Assembly: GCA_963837175.1 (NCBI GenBank)
Contig: CAWIMJ010000047.1
Location: forward strand, 64,001-128,000
Source of the DNA: an uncultured Nitrososphaeraceae archaeon
GTDB lineage: Archaea; Thermoproteota; Nitrososphaeria; Nitrososphaerales; Nitrososphaeraceae
Direction: 5' to 3'
DNA: 64,000 bases
The notes below the pieces were generated by a model. It searched no databases and was not told the origin of the DNA. It saw nothing but the letters and a program-made list of their open reading frames with translations. Below, piece by piece: positions 41,740-53,461 of the stretch. The translations under genes and the position numbers were made by a program. Positions within the stretch are counted from its first letter, which is position 1, and every line of letters starts with the position of its first letter.

Positions 41740-41963
41740 AGCCAAAGTCCAGTTCCAATAAATTCAAGTAAGCGACTTAACAAATACCTTTCATCGTAAT
41801 AGTATATCGTGTATCGAAATTCTATACATTTGTTCAAATATGAACGAGCTTAGCGATATTATTAACCGATACAAATCAGGCTGGTCTTCACATAAGATTA
41901 TTTTGTTGGCTGAACTCCTTCATAAGTCTTTACTATACCAATATAATTTTGGAACAAGTCCAT
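41740..41963 (-). pseudogene. Possible decayed winged-helix regulator
   Basis: Fragments YEGVQPTK, KTSL, RSYLNKCIE separated by stops. Confidence 0.25.
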
Positions 41964-42034
41964 GTAACTTTTCTCTTCTTTTTTTATAATATATATATAA
42001 TCTTTAATTACCTTGGTTTGTGCAATAACAAGAT

Positions 42035-42523
42035 ATGGCATCACTGCCTAACCTCGGGAAGAAATCAGTTGAGTCCCAGGCAGAGATGACAATTATTATG
42101 TTACCCTCAGATGCAAATCCAAAAGGCAATGTTTTTGGCGGCGTTATATTAAAACACGTCGACCTTATTGCAGGACTAGTTGCCAAAAGGCATTCTGGCC
42201 GAGCCAATATTGTTACTGCAAGCATTGATAGAATGACATTTTTGAAACCAGTATTCATAGGAAATGCTTTGATTTTAACAGCCAGATTAAACTACGTACG
42301 TAAGTCATCGATGGAAGTGGAGGTCACTGTTCTGTCCGAAGATTTAGATGACAGTACACGGATTCATGCTGGTACTGCTTTTGTTACCATGGTTGCTCTC
42401 GATAAATATGGAAAACCTACAGAAGTTCCTGCGATAATCTTGGACAGTGATGAAGACAAAAAACATTTCAAAGAGGGTGAGTCGAGAATGCTTTCACGTT
42501 TGAAGGAAGCTGGAAGAATCTAA
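42035..42523 (+). CDS. Acyl-CoA thioesterase (hotdog fold, YciA-like)
   Basis: DAN..GNVFGG..LK..D, VTAS.D...FL.P. Confidence 0.92.
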   Translation: MASLPNLGKKSVESQAEMTIIMLPSDANPKGNVFGGVILKHVDLIAGLVAKRHSGRANIVTASIDRMTFLKPVFIGNALILTARLNYVRKSSMEVEVTVLSEDLDDSTRIHAGTAFVTMVALDKYGKPTEVPAIILDSDEDKKHFKEGESRMLSRLKEAGRI

Positions 42524-43015
42524 CGAGGTGATGTAAGTGTAAAAAATACGTATAATTTAGCTAGTTTGACTTTTGCTATCATCATATATGCCATCCGTTT
42601 TTTAACAGACTATAATGATCTTCGTCAAAGAATTAGCTCATTTCAAAAGCATTAACTTTCAATTTCCCAAACGTGAAAATTTACCTGTTTAATAACATAA
42701 AAAATCAAATCTGTTCTATGAGAAAACGATGTTATAATTTGTTAGTTAGATAAGACAAATTAAAGAAACAGTGTATTTTTAGTGGTTTAATTCATATCGT
42801 AATGAGGGTATTTATACTGAGTATACACAGAAACGTCTTCGTCATAGACGTTGAAATAGCAAACTTATAAACCCAACGCTAATTATAAAAATGTCTTTAT
42901 CTAAGTGATCAATGTAAAATCTAAATTGGTTAGAACTTTCCAATCCATTTAACAATATGTTAATATAGTAAAAACATCTTACAAATGGAATTCATGCAGT
43001 AACTATGCATGCGTA

Positions 43016-44845
43016 TTAATCCTTACTCAGAAAAATTCTGATCTTGTTTCCAGCCAGTAAAGCATTTATCATTTTTTTTCCATTTTCTGATCGCTTGTCA
43101 ATCTTTATTCTGGATTTTTTTCCTATCTGGCTGTTTAGGACAAATTCATCTTCAATATAGACATCGATCTTTTTTCCAACAGTGCTTTCGTCTACCAATA
43201 TGTTAACAGTACTTCCAGCTTCGGAAACTTCAAAATCAAGTTCTTCGCCTAGAGTAGGAGTTTTAACTTCTATATCAATTTTCATTCCCAACATCCTTTC
43301 TAATTCTGATACTGTAGATCCGCCTTTGCCTATGATCCTAGCTATTACATCCTTGCTGACCTTAACTTGAACTCTGTTATCGGAAATTATATTAATATCA
43401 GCGTCAGGATCGAATCTCCTAATCGTATCCTTGATTTTCGATTCAGCTAATTTTTTTATAATATTATCTGACTGAGCAGTTGTCTTCAATTCGGAGATTG
43501 GAACAACAACATTTTCTTCACCATAAGTATAAATTTCATATTCAATTGCTTGCGATTCAAAATCGCGCACCTCTACAAGTGGTCTTGCAAGATCAGCCTC
43601 AGTCATTCCTGTTGGAACCTTGACCGTAAGCAGTACATCATAAACTTTTTCAATTATGCCATTCCTGATAAAGATAATAGTATCCAATATGTGAGGAATC
43701 ATTCCTAGATCCACCCTACCTATGAACCTCTGAACTGCATCAAGGGGACTACTAGCATGTACTACCCCTATCATCCCTACACCTGCTAACCTCATATCTG
43801 AGAATACTCCAAAGTCATGCGCTCTTCTTATTTCATCGAAAATTGTATAATCTGGCCGTACTAATAACAATATATCTACGGCTTTTTCAAAACTACCTTC
43901 TAATGGTCCGTACTGAGTTACTTCATCAGGAACTTGCAAATCTCTTGGTGATTCAAAAGTTTTTACTATTTTTCCATTCTTTGAATAGAATTCTGCAAGG
44001 CTGCTTGCGAAAGTACTTTTACCCGAACCTGGGGGACCGGATATTACGATGCCCTCCGAACTAGCTGACAGCCTTTCAATCAACTTTTCTGTAGTATTAT
44101 AACTCGCAAGAGAGAGTCTCACAATAGGCCTAACGATTGTAATTTCGAGACTGTTGGAAAAGGGTGGTCTTGTGATAGCGATTCGAAATATTCCGTATTG
44201 AATTACAGTCGCGCCGTTACGGCTTATTTCTATAGATCCTGTTCTATTTACTCTAGATGCTTCAGAAATTTCTTTGATGATATTGGTCAGTTCCTGATAT
44301 GTGCTTTTTTTTTCCTCAAGCTTTATAAGCTGAGAACTTCCCGGTTTACCACGTTTTGCCCAAGGTGATACCCCTTCTTTAAGGTGCACACTCATTGTAT
44401 CACTATCAAAGAACTTTTCGAATTCTAGGTTAGTTGTCTTGGTAGTGGTGCCTATATGTAAGGATTTTACTCCCTGTGCCTCGGCAACAAGTGCTTGAAC
44501 ATAGTCGGCTGTAACTAGTGTAGCATCTTCCTTCAAGGCCACATCTTTTATTATCGCATCGATCCTTCCACGCTTTGCAAGACGAATGTCGTCGATGTTA
44601 GGTCTTTCACCTAGAAATTTAAGGGATATATGTTTGATTGAACTTTGGTCTCTTATCTTCTTAATCTCATTTAAGCCTACAAATCCATGCTCCTTATTAG
44701 AGGATGCTTGCGACTGCAATTCATCTAACACCGCTAAAGGAATTATAATTTCACTACCATTATCAATCTGACCTGCATCGATCATCTTTGTAATCTCTCC
44801 ATCAATAATTATACTCGTATCTAAAACATACCTTTTATTATTCAA
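43016..44845 (-). CDS. PINA-type ATPase (PIN + P-loop ATPase + KH)
   Basis: VLDTS PIN, GPPGSGKST, ESPRDL, DEIR, IIGKGG KH. Confidence 0.92.
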   Translation of the reverse strand: MNNKRYVLDTSIIIDGEITKMIDAGQIDNGSEIIIPLAVLDELQSQASSNKEHGFVGLNEIKKIRDQSSIKHISLKFLGERPNIDDIRLAKRGRIDAIIKDVALKEDATLVTADYVQALVAEAQGVKSLHIGTTTKTTNLEFEKFFDSDTMSVHLKEGVSPWAKRGKPGSSQLIKLEEKKSTYQELTNIIKEISEASRVNRTGSIEISRNGATVIQYGIFRIAITRPPFSNSLEITIVRPIVRLSLASYNTTEKLIERLSASSEGIVISGPPGSGKSTFASSLAEFYSKNGKIVKTFESPRDLQVPDEVTQYGPLEGSFEKAVDILLLVRPDYTIFDEIRRAHDFGVFSDMRLAGVGMIGVVHASSPLDAVQRFIGRVDLGMIPHILDTIIFIRNGIIEKVYDVLLTVKVPTGMTEADLARPLVEVRDFESQAIEYEIYTYGEENVVVPISELKTTAQSDNIIKKLAESKIKDTIRRFDPDADINIISDNRVQVKVSKDVIARIIGKGGSTVSELERMLGMKIDIEVKTPTLGEELDFEVSEAGSTVNILVDESTVGKKIDVYIEDEFVLNSQIGKKSRIKIDKRSENGKKMINALLAGNKIRIFLSKD

Positions 44846-45255
44846 CAGATTTGAAGTTGTCCTAGGCGATTAAAGTATCTTGCTAATTTATTAGCAACCT
44901 GGAGAAATATAAATAAATAATGAAAAGAATAGAATATAATTAATATAGGAATTTATTTATATTCCTGTGCTGATGGCTATGTTGTTAGTCGAATATGGTA
45001 TTCAAAGGCGATTAATTGGAAAATTAAGCTAGGAATGAGTATCGCTATTGATTCATAATTCTATTCGAAAATAATTGTAATACATATCGCAACAAATTGA
45101 GATAAATTGGCATAAGATAATACACAACTGCGACATAAATCTGTCAAACTTATATTATAATGAGCTTTTCCGTCAATTGGCAATGGTAATTGGATGGCTT
45201 ATCCAGCATCTGATGAGGAAACTCAAAATATAAGCACCTTTTTATATTAATCAAC

Positions 45256-45672
45256 GTGGAACAACAATTCTTTCAGAAATTTTGTGATCAAGTTATTTCG
45301 CTTGATTCTTCTATCAGATTTGCAGGTTTTGCAGATGAAGATGGCAAAATATTAGCTGTTTCTGAACGAAAAGGTCTCAAGCCATTGTTAACGCCAGAAG
45401 AAAGAGCTCAATATGCGATTACAGCGGCGACGCGCCAGTATACTCGACTAAGGTGGGAATACTTGTTAGGAAAGATCTATTATGCGAGCTCACACTATGC
45501 TAGCCTTATTCGGGCAACTATTCCTATTACAAATGACAACAGCAGACTTTCTTATGTATTATTATTATCATTTGATGTTGGTACTGAAAACTTTCACGAA
45601 ATTATAATGAAAAGGATTATGCCCTTAGTTACAAAGAACACAACTAGACTATTAAAGGAAGTAGAAGTTTAA
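45256..45672 (+). CDS. Hypothetical roadblock/profilin-like protein of an AOA-expanded type
   Basis: LD.SIRFAG..D..GK.....R.GL.PLL pattern. Confidence 0.7.
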   Translation: MEQQFFQKFCDQVISLDSSIRFAGFADEDGKILAVSERKGLKPLLTPEERAQYAITAATRQYTRLRWEYLLGKIYYASSHYASLIRATIPITNDNSRLSYVLLLSFDVGTENFHEIIMKRIMPLVTKNTTRLLKEVEV

Positions 45673-45757
45673 GAAAAACTGGACTTATCAACGAGCCTAC
45701 CGAATGCATAGGTTGGTATACACGATAATGCCTCTTTTTCCTATCCAATATCTTATT

Positions 45758-46537
45758 TTACTGTTTTGCAGATATTCCTCCATCTACAGTTAGAACCGCA
45801 CCTGTTATCCATTTCGCATCATCCGAGCAAAAATAAACAACTGCACTAGAAATATCATCAGGTTCTCCTATTCTCCGTAGCGGAAATGATGATTCAAGGA
45901 GTTGTTTTGCATTTTCATCTTGCAAATATGGTTCAATCATAGGACTGCGAATTGTCGATGGAGCCACACAGTTACAGCGGATCCCATATGGTCCATATTC
46001 TACAGCAATACTTTTAGTAAACATAATCACTCCTGCCTTTGTAACACCGTACACAGAGAAGGGTACATTAGGTATCGATCTCATTCCCAGTAAAGAAGAA
46101 ATATTCACAATGCAGCCATCTTTCCTATCAATCATGATCGGCAGGATTGCCTTTGTGGTCCTAAATGTTCCAAGGAGATTCGTGTTGATTAGTCCGGTCC
46201 ATTGGTCATCGGTCATTAAATGGAATGGCGTAGGATCATAGATTATACCTGCATTATTGATTAAAATATCAATCCTATCAAACGATGAAAGAGCTTGTTC
46301 TATAGCATTTAATACTTCGGCTTCTTTTGTAATATCTGCAGTGACTGGTAAAAGATTCCTGTTGTCGCCAACTTCTGCAATAGTTCGCAGTAGTTTGGAC
46401 CGATCTCTTCCTATAAGTACTACCTTGGTTCCTTCAGAAATCAGGCTTCGCGTTATAGACTTTCCTACGCCTCCTCCTGCACCCGTGACAATCGCAACCT
46501 TGCCTTTTAGTTTCATCACTTGAAGAACCTCACACAT
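45758..46537 (-). CDS. Short-chain dehydrogenase/reductase
   Basis: TGAGGGVG, NNAG, YGVTK, VDGG; start probably MKLKGK. Confidence 0.93.
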   Translation of the reverse strand: MCEVLQVMKLKGKVAIVTGAGGGVGKSITRSLISEGTKVVLIGRDRSKLLRTIAEVGDNRNLLPVTADITKEAEVLNAIEQALSSFDRIDILINNAGIIYDPTPFHLMTDDQWTGLINTNLLGTFRTTKAILPIMIDRKDGCIVNISSLLGMRSIPNVPFSVYGVTKAGVIMFTKSIAVEYGPYGIRCNCVAPSTIRSPMIEPYLQDENAKQLLESSFPLRRIGEPDDISSAVVYFCSDDAKWITGAVLTVDGGISAKQ

Positions 46538-46645
46538 TCTTTTTAAAGTACTTTTCGGATAGAATAGTATGGAAAGATAGTGAAATTTTCTTAAGTCAAG
46601 GGTATACTTTTAATTTCGCTTTTTAAAAACAGGATCAAAGGGTTT

Positions 46646-47842
46646 ATGATTTACAAAAGTCGAGACAGTATGGAAATACAAAATCCAATTTCTATAGGTA
46701 TAGTTGGAGGAGGACAGCTTGGAAAAATGATTGCTCAAGAGGCAAAACGAATGTCTTTTAGAATAATTGTATTGGATCCTAGTCCTGACTCACCTGCATC
46801 CTCGCTATCAGATGAATACATTATTGCCAATTTTAAAGACGGAAATGCTATTACAACACTCGCAAGTAAATGCGACGTTTTAACTTATGAGATAGAGCTT
46901 GCCAATTCTGAGATACTTGAAAAATTAGAATCTAAGAATTTTATTATTCATCCTTCCCCACAAACACTCAAAATAATACAAAACAAATTTAGACAAAAGT
47001 CATTTTTAAAAGACCACGGTATACCGGTTGCAGAGTTCGGACTTATAAAATCAGAAACAGATTTAACTAATCTATGTGATAAATTTGGTTATCCTTGCAT
47101 ATTAAAAGTATGTGAAAATTCATATGATGGGCGAGGAAACTATATAATTAGCTCAGAAAATAATATTCCTGAATATTCGGATTTCCTCTCTGAAAGACAA
47201 TGCATGGTGGAGAAATTGATTCCTTTTGAGAAAGAGATCTCTGTGATGGTAGCAAGAAATGGCAGTGGTCAAATATCTTCTTTTCCAATTGTAGAAAATA
47301 TTCATCATAATAACATTCTAGACACTACCATTGTTCCAGCGAGAATTTCACATACTACAATTGCAAAAGCTAAAGAATTAGCAGAGAAAACCATGAACGC
47401 ATTGAAGGGGTCTGGAATTTTTGGAATAGAAATGTTTGTCACCCCAGATGAAGGCGTACTCGTAAATGAAATAGCACCTCGGCCCCATAATTCCGGCCAT
47501 TATTCTATAGAAGCATGTTCAATCTCACAATTTGAACAACACCTTCGAGCTATCCTTGATTTACCATTAGCCAAGCCAGAACTATTGTCACCTGCTGTAA
47601 TGGTCAATATATTGGGGCCTGATAATTGCAATGGTGCATATTTGATTAAAGGATTGAAAGGGCTCTTATCAATAGAAGGAGTAACACTTCATATTTATGG
47701 CAAAAGGATATCTAGCCCTAGAAGGAAACTTGGACATATCACTGTGACAGCAAATTCACTCGAGACAGCAATAGCTAGGGCGTATAAGGCCAGAAATATT
47801 ATAAAAATAGAAGAAGTAAACAAGGTGATTAAAAATAGATAG
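46646..47842 (+). CDS. purK: N5-CAIR synthetase
   Basis: [31 protein letters not shown]. Confidence 0.95.
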   Translation: MIYKSRDSMEIQNPISIGIVGGGQLGKMIAQEAKRMSFRIIVLDPSPDSPASSLSDEYIIANFKDGNAITTLASKCDVLTYEIELANSEILEKLESKNFIIHPSPQTLKIIQNKFRQKSFLKDHGIPVAEFGLIKSETDLTNLCDKFGYPCILKVCENSYDGRGNYIISSENNIPEYSDFLSERQCMVEKLIPFEKEISVMVARNGSGQISSFPIVENIHHNNILDTTIVPARISHTTIAKAKELAEKTMNALKGSGIFGIEMFVTPDEGVLVNEIAPRPHNSGHYSIEACSISQFEQHLRAILDLPLAKPELLSPAVMVNILGPDNCNGAYLIKGLKGLLSIEGVTLHIYGKRISSPRRKLGHITVTANSLETAIARAYKARNIIKIEEVNKVIKNR

Positions 47843-48374
47843 ATGTCTTGTTGGCATAATTATGGGAAGCGATTCAGATCTTTTCGTTATGAAAGAAGCA
47901 GCCGAAATATTAAATATATTTAGAATTTCTAATGAAATTAAAGTCATCTCAGCCCACAGAACTACCGATAGAATGATAAACTATGCTAATGAAGCCAAAA
48001 GAAGAGGAGTTATGGTTATCATTGCTGGCGCAGGAGGCGCGGCACATCTTCCAGGAATGGTGGCGGCAATCACATCTATCCCTGTAATAGGTGTTCCCAT
48101 TAAAACAACCACTCTCCATGGTATAGACTCTTTAATGTCAATAGTACAAATGCCTGCAGGAATCCCAGTTGCCACAGTTGCAATCAATGGAGCAAAGAAC
48201 GCAGGCATACTTGCTAGCCAAATATTGGGCCTAAAATTTTCAAAGATAGCTACGAAGGTTGAAAAATATAAGAGAGAATTGAAATATAATGTAATTCATC
48301 AAGCAGAGAAGCTTGAGAGGATGGGATTTGAGAAATATCTAGCAGAGAGATTACAGGGCGACACGAAAAAATAG
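47835..48374 (+). CDS. purE: N5-CAIR mutase
   Basis: [23 protein letters not shown]; frame extends upstream of the track ATG, probable ATA start. Confidence 0.95.
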   Translation: MDRCLVGIIMGSDSDLFVMKEAAEILNIFRISNEIKVISAHRTTDRMINYANEAKRRGVMVIIAGAGGAAHLPGMVAAITSIPVIGVPIKTTTLHGIDSLMSIVQMPAGIPVATVAINGAKNAGILASQILGLKFSKIATKVEKYKRELKYNVIHQAEKLERMGFEKYLAERLQGDTKK

Positions 48375-48405
48375 TATGTCCTAAAATGTAAGATTATGAT
48401 AAAAA

Positions 48406-48798
48406 TCATGAGCCAATCATGCCAGGAAGCTTAATAGGTTTTCTATATTCTTTAGCCACCTTGATGCCTTCCTTAGCAGTAACCTCTACAATGTCTAAGC
48501 GGCTGCCTTCAGGTGGAGAGAGATAGATTTTTTCTCCAGGATTTATAATTTTGATGGAGTCATTTCGGTTGCCGTAATAGACCACAACATCAGTTAATGG
48601 TTGTCTTCCTGTATTCGTTAGAGTAATTCTTGCATTTACAAACAAAGATTGTTCATCCTTGATTGCATCCACATCGATAGAATAGTCTTTAGTAGGAATT
48701 AGAGAAATAAGCAGAATGGTTACGAGTGTCACAGCAAAGATAATAGTAACGGCTAGCATTATTATCATAATGCGCATAAATATAGACTCATAAATCAA
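48406..48798 (-). CDS. Membrane-anchored Ig-like hypothetical protein
   Basis: N-terminal TM, LTNTG..L..V and I.PGE motifs. Confidence 0.7.
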   Translation of the reverse strand: MIYESIFMRIMIIMLAVTIIFAVTLVTILLISLIPTKDYSIDVDAIKDEQSLFVNARITLTNTGRQPLTDVVVYYGNRNDSIKIINPGEKIYLSPPEGSRLDIVEVTAKEGIKVAKEYRKPIKLPGMIGS

Positions 48799-48950
48799 TA
48801 TTATTAAGTTAGCCCTTGTTTAATACATTAGAACTACTAAGATCAATCTCTTACATTAGCTGTCACTTTTTTAAAATCGAGTCCTCTGTATGAAAAAAAC
48901 AGAAAGAAAATTAATGAGGCGTTTCGATGTCGTAATCACCTATAATTTTA

Positions 48951-50390
48951 TTATTCATCACCCTTCATCTCTTCTCTTGTCTTGAAAATCGGTTTTATTC
49001 CAAGAGAGGAATAATCACCTGTTGTACAGGTAAAACAGAGCTCTTCTTCCGGCAATCCAATTGCATCTGCTAAGTTAGAAGTATTATTATAGGCTAAAAA
49101 ATCTGCATCAATGACTCTTGCAACTTTGGCCTCAAGATCGATCTTAGAAATTTCACCTTTTGCCTGTTGATAAGCTAAAAGCTCACTTTGTGAAGGAAAA
49201 TCAATGCCTGCGTAACACGGAAACCGTATAGGAGGGTAAGTGATAATCATATTTATTTGGTTGGCTCTAGCAGAACGTAATGTCTTTATAATAGAAGCAG
49301 AGCTTGTTCCTCTGACAATACTATCGTCAACAATAACCACGTTTTTCCCTTCAATTACATCACGGATGGGTATGATGCCCTTGTTGATTTCCAATCTATC
49401 TTCCTGATATGGCTCTATGAAACTTCTCATTAATCCCTTTTTTCTGTACATATCTTTGAGTAAACCTTCCTCAAAAGGTATACCTAATTGCTGAGCGTAT
49501 CCCAAAGCTGCTGGCCGTGCAGAATCAGGTACTGGTATGACCACTTCTGCATCTCTTACTGGAAATTTTTTTGCTAAAATGTGTCCTATTCTCTTTCTTG
49601 CCGCATAAACATTTATTCCCTCCATTATACTGCTTGGATGTGCAAAATAAGTGTACTCAAATGCACAGTGAGCATGTGGCCAATCATTAGAAAACCGGCG
49701 TATCTGCATCCCATCTTTATCCATTTTTACAAGTTCTCCTGGTTGCACGTCACGTATTAGTCGAGCTCCTATCGCAGATAAAGCACATGATTCAGATGCA
49801 ACTATGTAGGTGTTGCTTTCCTTATGAAAACCCAAAACAAGAGGCCGGAATCCTTTATTATCGCGCGCGGCATAAACCGAACCACTGTCGGTTAAAAATG
49901 TAAAGCAGAAAGAGCCCACCATTTCACCCCTCAAAATGTTTACAGCTTCTGTCATGTCACGTGTATCCGCTAAATGCATAACAAGTCGCTTTGCAACAAC
50001 TAGGGTATCGCTCATAGTTTGCGGTGTAAAACTGCATCCACCAACCATTCCTGATAACTCCTCTACATTCGCAATGGTACCATTATGTGCTATGCATAGA
50101 TCCTTAATCTTCAGTGGTTGAGCGTTTTCCAATGTACTCTTACCGAAGGTAGAATAACGAACATGTCCTATTGCAGCATACGAATTATACCTTCTAATAA
50201 CAGTTGGAAATTCGGGTGCTGCCATTGAAACCAGGCCGAGCCGCTTAAATGGAGGTTTACCAGGGACCGCCACTCCCCATGCTTCCTGTCCTCTATGTTG
50301 AAGCGCACGAAGTGAATCAATTACAAATGGTATAACGTTCTTATCATTTAAAGAAAATGCGGCCACTAGCCCGCAATTTTCATGGACCAT
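48951..50390 (-). CDS. purF: Amidophosphoribosyltransferase
   Basis: ENCG N-terminal Cys, QHRGQE, GHVRYST, VDDSIVRGT. Confidence 0.96.
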   Translation of the reverse strand: MVHENCGLVAAFSLNDKNVIPFVIDSLRALQHRGQEAWGVAVPGKPPFKRLGLVSMAAPEFPTVIRRYNSYAAIGHVRYSTFGKSTLENAQPLKIKDLCIAHNGTIANVEELSGMVGGCSFTPQTMSDTLVVAKRLVMHLADTRDMTEAVNILRGEMVGSFCFTFLTDSGSVYAARDNKGFRPLVLGFHKESNTYIVASESCALSAIGARLIRDVQPGELVKMDKDGMQIRRFSNDWPHAHCAFEYTYFAHPSSIMEGINVYAARKRIGHILAKKFPVRDAEVVIPVPDSARPAALGYAQQLGIPFEEGLLKDMYRKKGLMRSFIEPYQEDRLEINKGIIPIRDVIEGKNVVIVDDSIVRGTSSASIIKTLRSARANQINMIITYPPIRFPCYAGIDFPSQSELLAYQQAKGEISKIDLEAKVARVIDADFLAYNNTSNLADAIGLPEEELCFTCTTGDYSSLGIKPIFKTREEMKGDE

Positions 50391-50511
50391 TTCAATTATC
50401 CTATTCTCCTATATCCTCTCAAAATGTGAATTACGTTTAAATAAAATGAGCATAACTGTTGATGTTCATGCTGATTATATTCCAAGAGTGACAGTGAAGT
50501 CAATGAAATCA

Positions 50512-52734
50512 CTAAAAAACATTCTTATTTCCATGTGTATGTGCTGCTCTATTCATTATTCGTTCCAATTCGCGATAACTTTCAGTCAAATTTTTTATAG
50601 ATAATTTTACAATTTCCTTGTCTTTTTTTATTATAAATCTAACCCGGTTATCATCACCTGTCACATAGCCAATCTGAGTAAAGTCAATTCCCTTGATGTT
50701 AGCCAGATATTTTTCAACATCAGTTGGTTTACTTGTGCCTATAATGTATCGAGAGTGGGATTCTGAAAATAATAGATTGTCTATTCTCGAACACGAATTC
50801 AATATAGAATCTAAATTTATGACAATTCCAGTCTGTCCCTGTATTGCCATTTCAGCTAATGCTACTGCTAATCCTCCTTTAGAGCAATCATGAACACAAT
50901 CAACTAAATTCTTCCTAATAAGTTTAAGAACAACCTGGCCGTTAAGTTTATCTCTTCGAAGGCATAAGGTAGGAACATTTCCCCCAACTATATTATGATA
51001 GTATTCATAGTATTCAGATCCACCCATTTCATCTAAAGTAGAACCAATTATGAAAATAGAATTCTCAGGCTTTAAACCACATTGCATAATCAATGATTCT
51101 TTCTCTATCAATCCAATCATACCTATGACTGGAGACGGTTTAATCGCTCCTCTAGTAGTTTCATTGTAAAAACTTACCTTTCCACCAACCACTGGTGTTT
51201 TCATGTATCTGCAAAAACTAGATATTGCATTTATTGCCTGAATAAAAGTCCAAAATATCTCTGGATCTTCAGGACTTCCAAATTGCAGGTGATCAATTAC
51301 GCCTGTAGGCTCAGCACCGGTAGAGATTATATTTCTTCTAACTTCCGACAAACATCCCAAAGTTCCTTGATACGGATCCAAAAAACAGTGTTTCGAATTG
51401 CCGTCAAGTTTGACGGAAATAAATTTACCACTAGTTATTTTCAAAACACTAGCATCGCCTAATCCTGGTTTCAATACAGTCCGAACCCCGACTTCATGAT
51501 CAAATTGGCGATACACCCAAGATTTTTCAGCTATCGAAGGATTCGACATCATCGAAAGAAGAACTTTATTCAGATCGTTGGGAATATTTAATCTAATAAT
51601 TTTCTTGCGCAATTCTTTTAGATAATCTGGTGATTTTGATTTTCTTAGGACAAGAGGTGGATTTGCTATGAGATTTGATGGCATGTGAGCCACCAATTTA
51701 CCATTATTTCTTATAACGAGGTTCTGATGCTTTCTCACTCTACCTATTACTGCGTAGTTAAGATCATATTTGTCAAATATTGCTTTCAGTGTATCAATTT
51801 TGCTCTCATTTGTAATATACATCATCCTTTCCTGAGATTCTGATATAATCAATTCGATTGGTAGCATGTTCTTGTGTTTAGTGTGAATCGACGCTAATTC
51901 GATATCAAAGCCTCTTTTCAAATCGTCTGATGTTTCTGACAGACAACACGCAAGACCGCCTCCGCCTAAATCTTTTATAGCCTTTATACAACCTTGCTCT
52001 GACGCTTCAATTGTTGCCTCCAGTAGCAACTTTTCTAAAAATGGGTCGGGGATTTGGATTGCAGATCTGTTTTCCTCTTTTAAAGTCTTAGAAGCAAAAG
52101 ACGCCCCGTGGATACCATCTCTACCCGTGGAGCCTCCTGCAAGAACGACTAAATCATTAATTTTAGCACTATTCGTAATAATTCGATCTTTTCTTCCAAT
52201 TCCTATCGACGCCACATCTACTAGACAGTAGTCTTCAAAGGAGGAATCAAATTCGACCTCACCTCCTATGGTTGGCACTCCAATACAGTTACCATAATCA
52301 GCGATACCCCGTACAACATTCCTGAATAACCATTTAGACTTAGAATATTTATTATTTGTTTTTGTAAGTGGAGAAAATCGCAGTGCATTTAACAGAGCTA
52401 TTGGACGTGTCCCCATAGATATAATGTCCCTTAGTACTCCTCCTACACCCGTTGCAGCGCCTCCATAGGGTTCAATTGCAGAGGGGTGATTATGACTTTC
52501 TATGTGAACCGTAATTATAAAACCGTCTCCAATATCAAGTATTCCAGCATCATAGCCTGGACCTACTAGAACTCTTCTTCCCTTTGTCGGTAGCAATTTG
52601 AGATATTTTTTCGAAGATTTGTATGAACAATGCTCAGACCACTCTGCACTTACAATATTTAGCTCCGCTTCATTCGGATATCGTCCTAATTTATTTTTTA
52701 GATAATCTACTTCTTTACTAGTTAGGCTACTCAT
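50512..52734 (-). CDS. purL: FGAM synthase subunit PurL
   Basis: WSEHCSYKSS, ESHNHPS, SESQERM, HDCS.GG. Confidence 0.97.
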   Translation of the reverse strand: MSSLTSKEVDYLKNKLGRYPNEAELNIVSAEWSEHCSYKSSKKYLKLLPTKGRRVLVGPGYDAGILDIGDGFIITVHIESHNHPSAIEPYGGAATGVGGVLRDIISMGTRPIALLNALRFSPLTKTNNKYSKSKWLFRNVVRGIADYGNCIGVPTIGGEVEFDSSFEDYCLVDVASIGIGRKDRIITNSAKINDLVVLAGGSTGRDGIHGASFASKTLKEENRSAIQIPDPFLEKLLLEATIEASEQGCIKAIKDLGGGGLACCLSETSDDLKRGFDIELASIHTKHKNMLPIELIISESQERMMYITNESKIDTLKAIFDKYDLNYAVIGRVRKHQNLVIRNNGKLVAHMPSNLIANPPLVLRKSKSPDYLKELRKKIIRLNIPNDLNKVLLSMMSNPSIAEKSWVYRQFDHEVGVRTVLKPGLGDASVLKITSGKFISVKLDGNSKHCFLDPYQGTLGCLSEVRRNIISTGAEPTGVIDHLQFGSPEDPEIFWTFIQAINAISSFCRYMKTPVVGGKVSFYNETTRGAIKPSPVIGMIGLIEKESLIMQCGLKPENSIFIIGSTLDEMGGSEYYEYYHNIVGGNVPTLCLRRDKLNGQVVLKLIRKNLVDCVHDCSKGGLAVALAEMAIQGQTGIVINLDSILNSCSRIDNLLFSESHSRYIIGTSKPTDVEKYLANIKGIDFTQIGYVTGDDNRVRFIIKKDKEIVKLSIKNLTESYRELERIMNRAAHTHGNKNVF

Positions 52735-52759
52735 TCTTTTTCACAATTATTCTATTTAC

Positions 52760-53461
52760 TTACTTAGGAAGATCCTGTTTGATATTCAAGTAAGATAATA
52801 ATGATGTAAATATGGCGTTTGCTTCATTAGAAATTCTGTCAGGCACTAGAATATTTTCAACAGCCCTTTCAGGGTGAGGCATCATTCCCATTACATTAAG
52901 ATCATCATTGCACACTCCAGCAATCAACTCGGTAGATCCATTTGGATCGTCCTTAGTATATTTTAAGACAATTCTATTTTCCTTTTTTAAAGTTATTAAT
53001 TCTTTATTGTCTGCTATATACCTTCCTTCGCCATGAGCAATAGGAATTATAAATTCTTTATTCCTTTCAAATTTACTGGTAAATGGTGTTCTATTATTAA
53101 GTATTTTGACTCTTGTCCATCTGCAGATAAATTGGAGGGTATTGTTCATTGTCAAAGCTCCCGGGAGTAGGCCTGATTCAACGAGTATTTGAAAGCCATT
53201 GCAGATACCAAGGATCGGGATACCATCTTTTGCAAGTACTTTTACTGCACGCATTATCGGGCTTCGAGCGGCGATGGCACCTGCACGTAACCTATCACCA
53301 TAAGCAAATCCCCCAGGAATGATTATCGCCTCATACTTTGTGAGATCATCTTTTGTATGCCAAAGCAGATCTGTCTGAATCCCAAAGGAGTTTTGTAATA
53401 CATAATTGACATCTCGATCGCAATTGCTTCCGGGGAAAACCACAATTCCAATCTTTGCCAT
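52760..53461 (-). CDS. purQ: FGAM synthase subunit PurQ
   Basis: FPGSNCD, GICNGFQ, MMPHPER. Confidence 0.97.
   Translation of the reverse strand: MAKIGIVVFPGSNCDRDVNYVLQNSFGIQTDLLWHTKDDLTKYEAIIIPGGFAYGDRLRAGAIAARSPIMRAVKVLAKDGIPILGICNGFQILVESGLLPGALTMNNTLQFICRWTRVKILNNRTPFTSKFERNKEFIIPIAHGEGRYIADNKELITLKKENRIVLKYTKDDPNGSTELIAGVCNDDLNVMGMMPHPERAVENILVPDRISNEANAIFTSLLSYLNIKQDLPK

Noticed and set aside
45179-45230. CTGATGAG...AAA and GGCAATGG resemble hammerhead and fluoride-riboswitch cores
   Set aside because: No GAAA after a closed stem II, no stems I/III, and no pseudoknot complementarity
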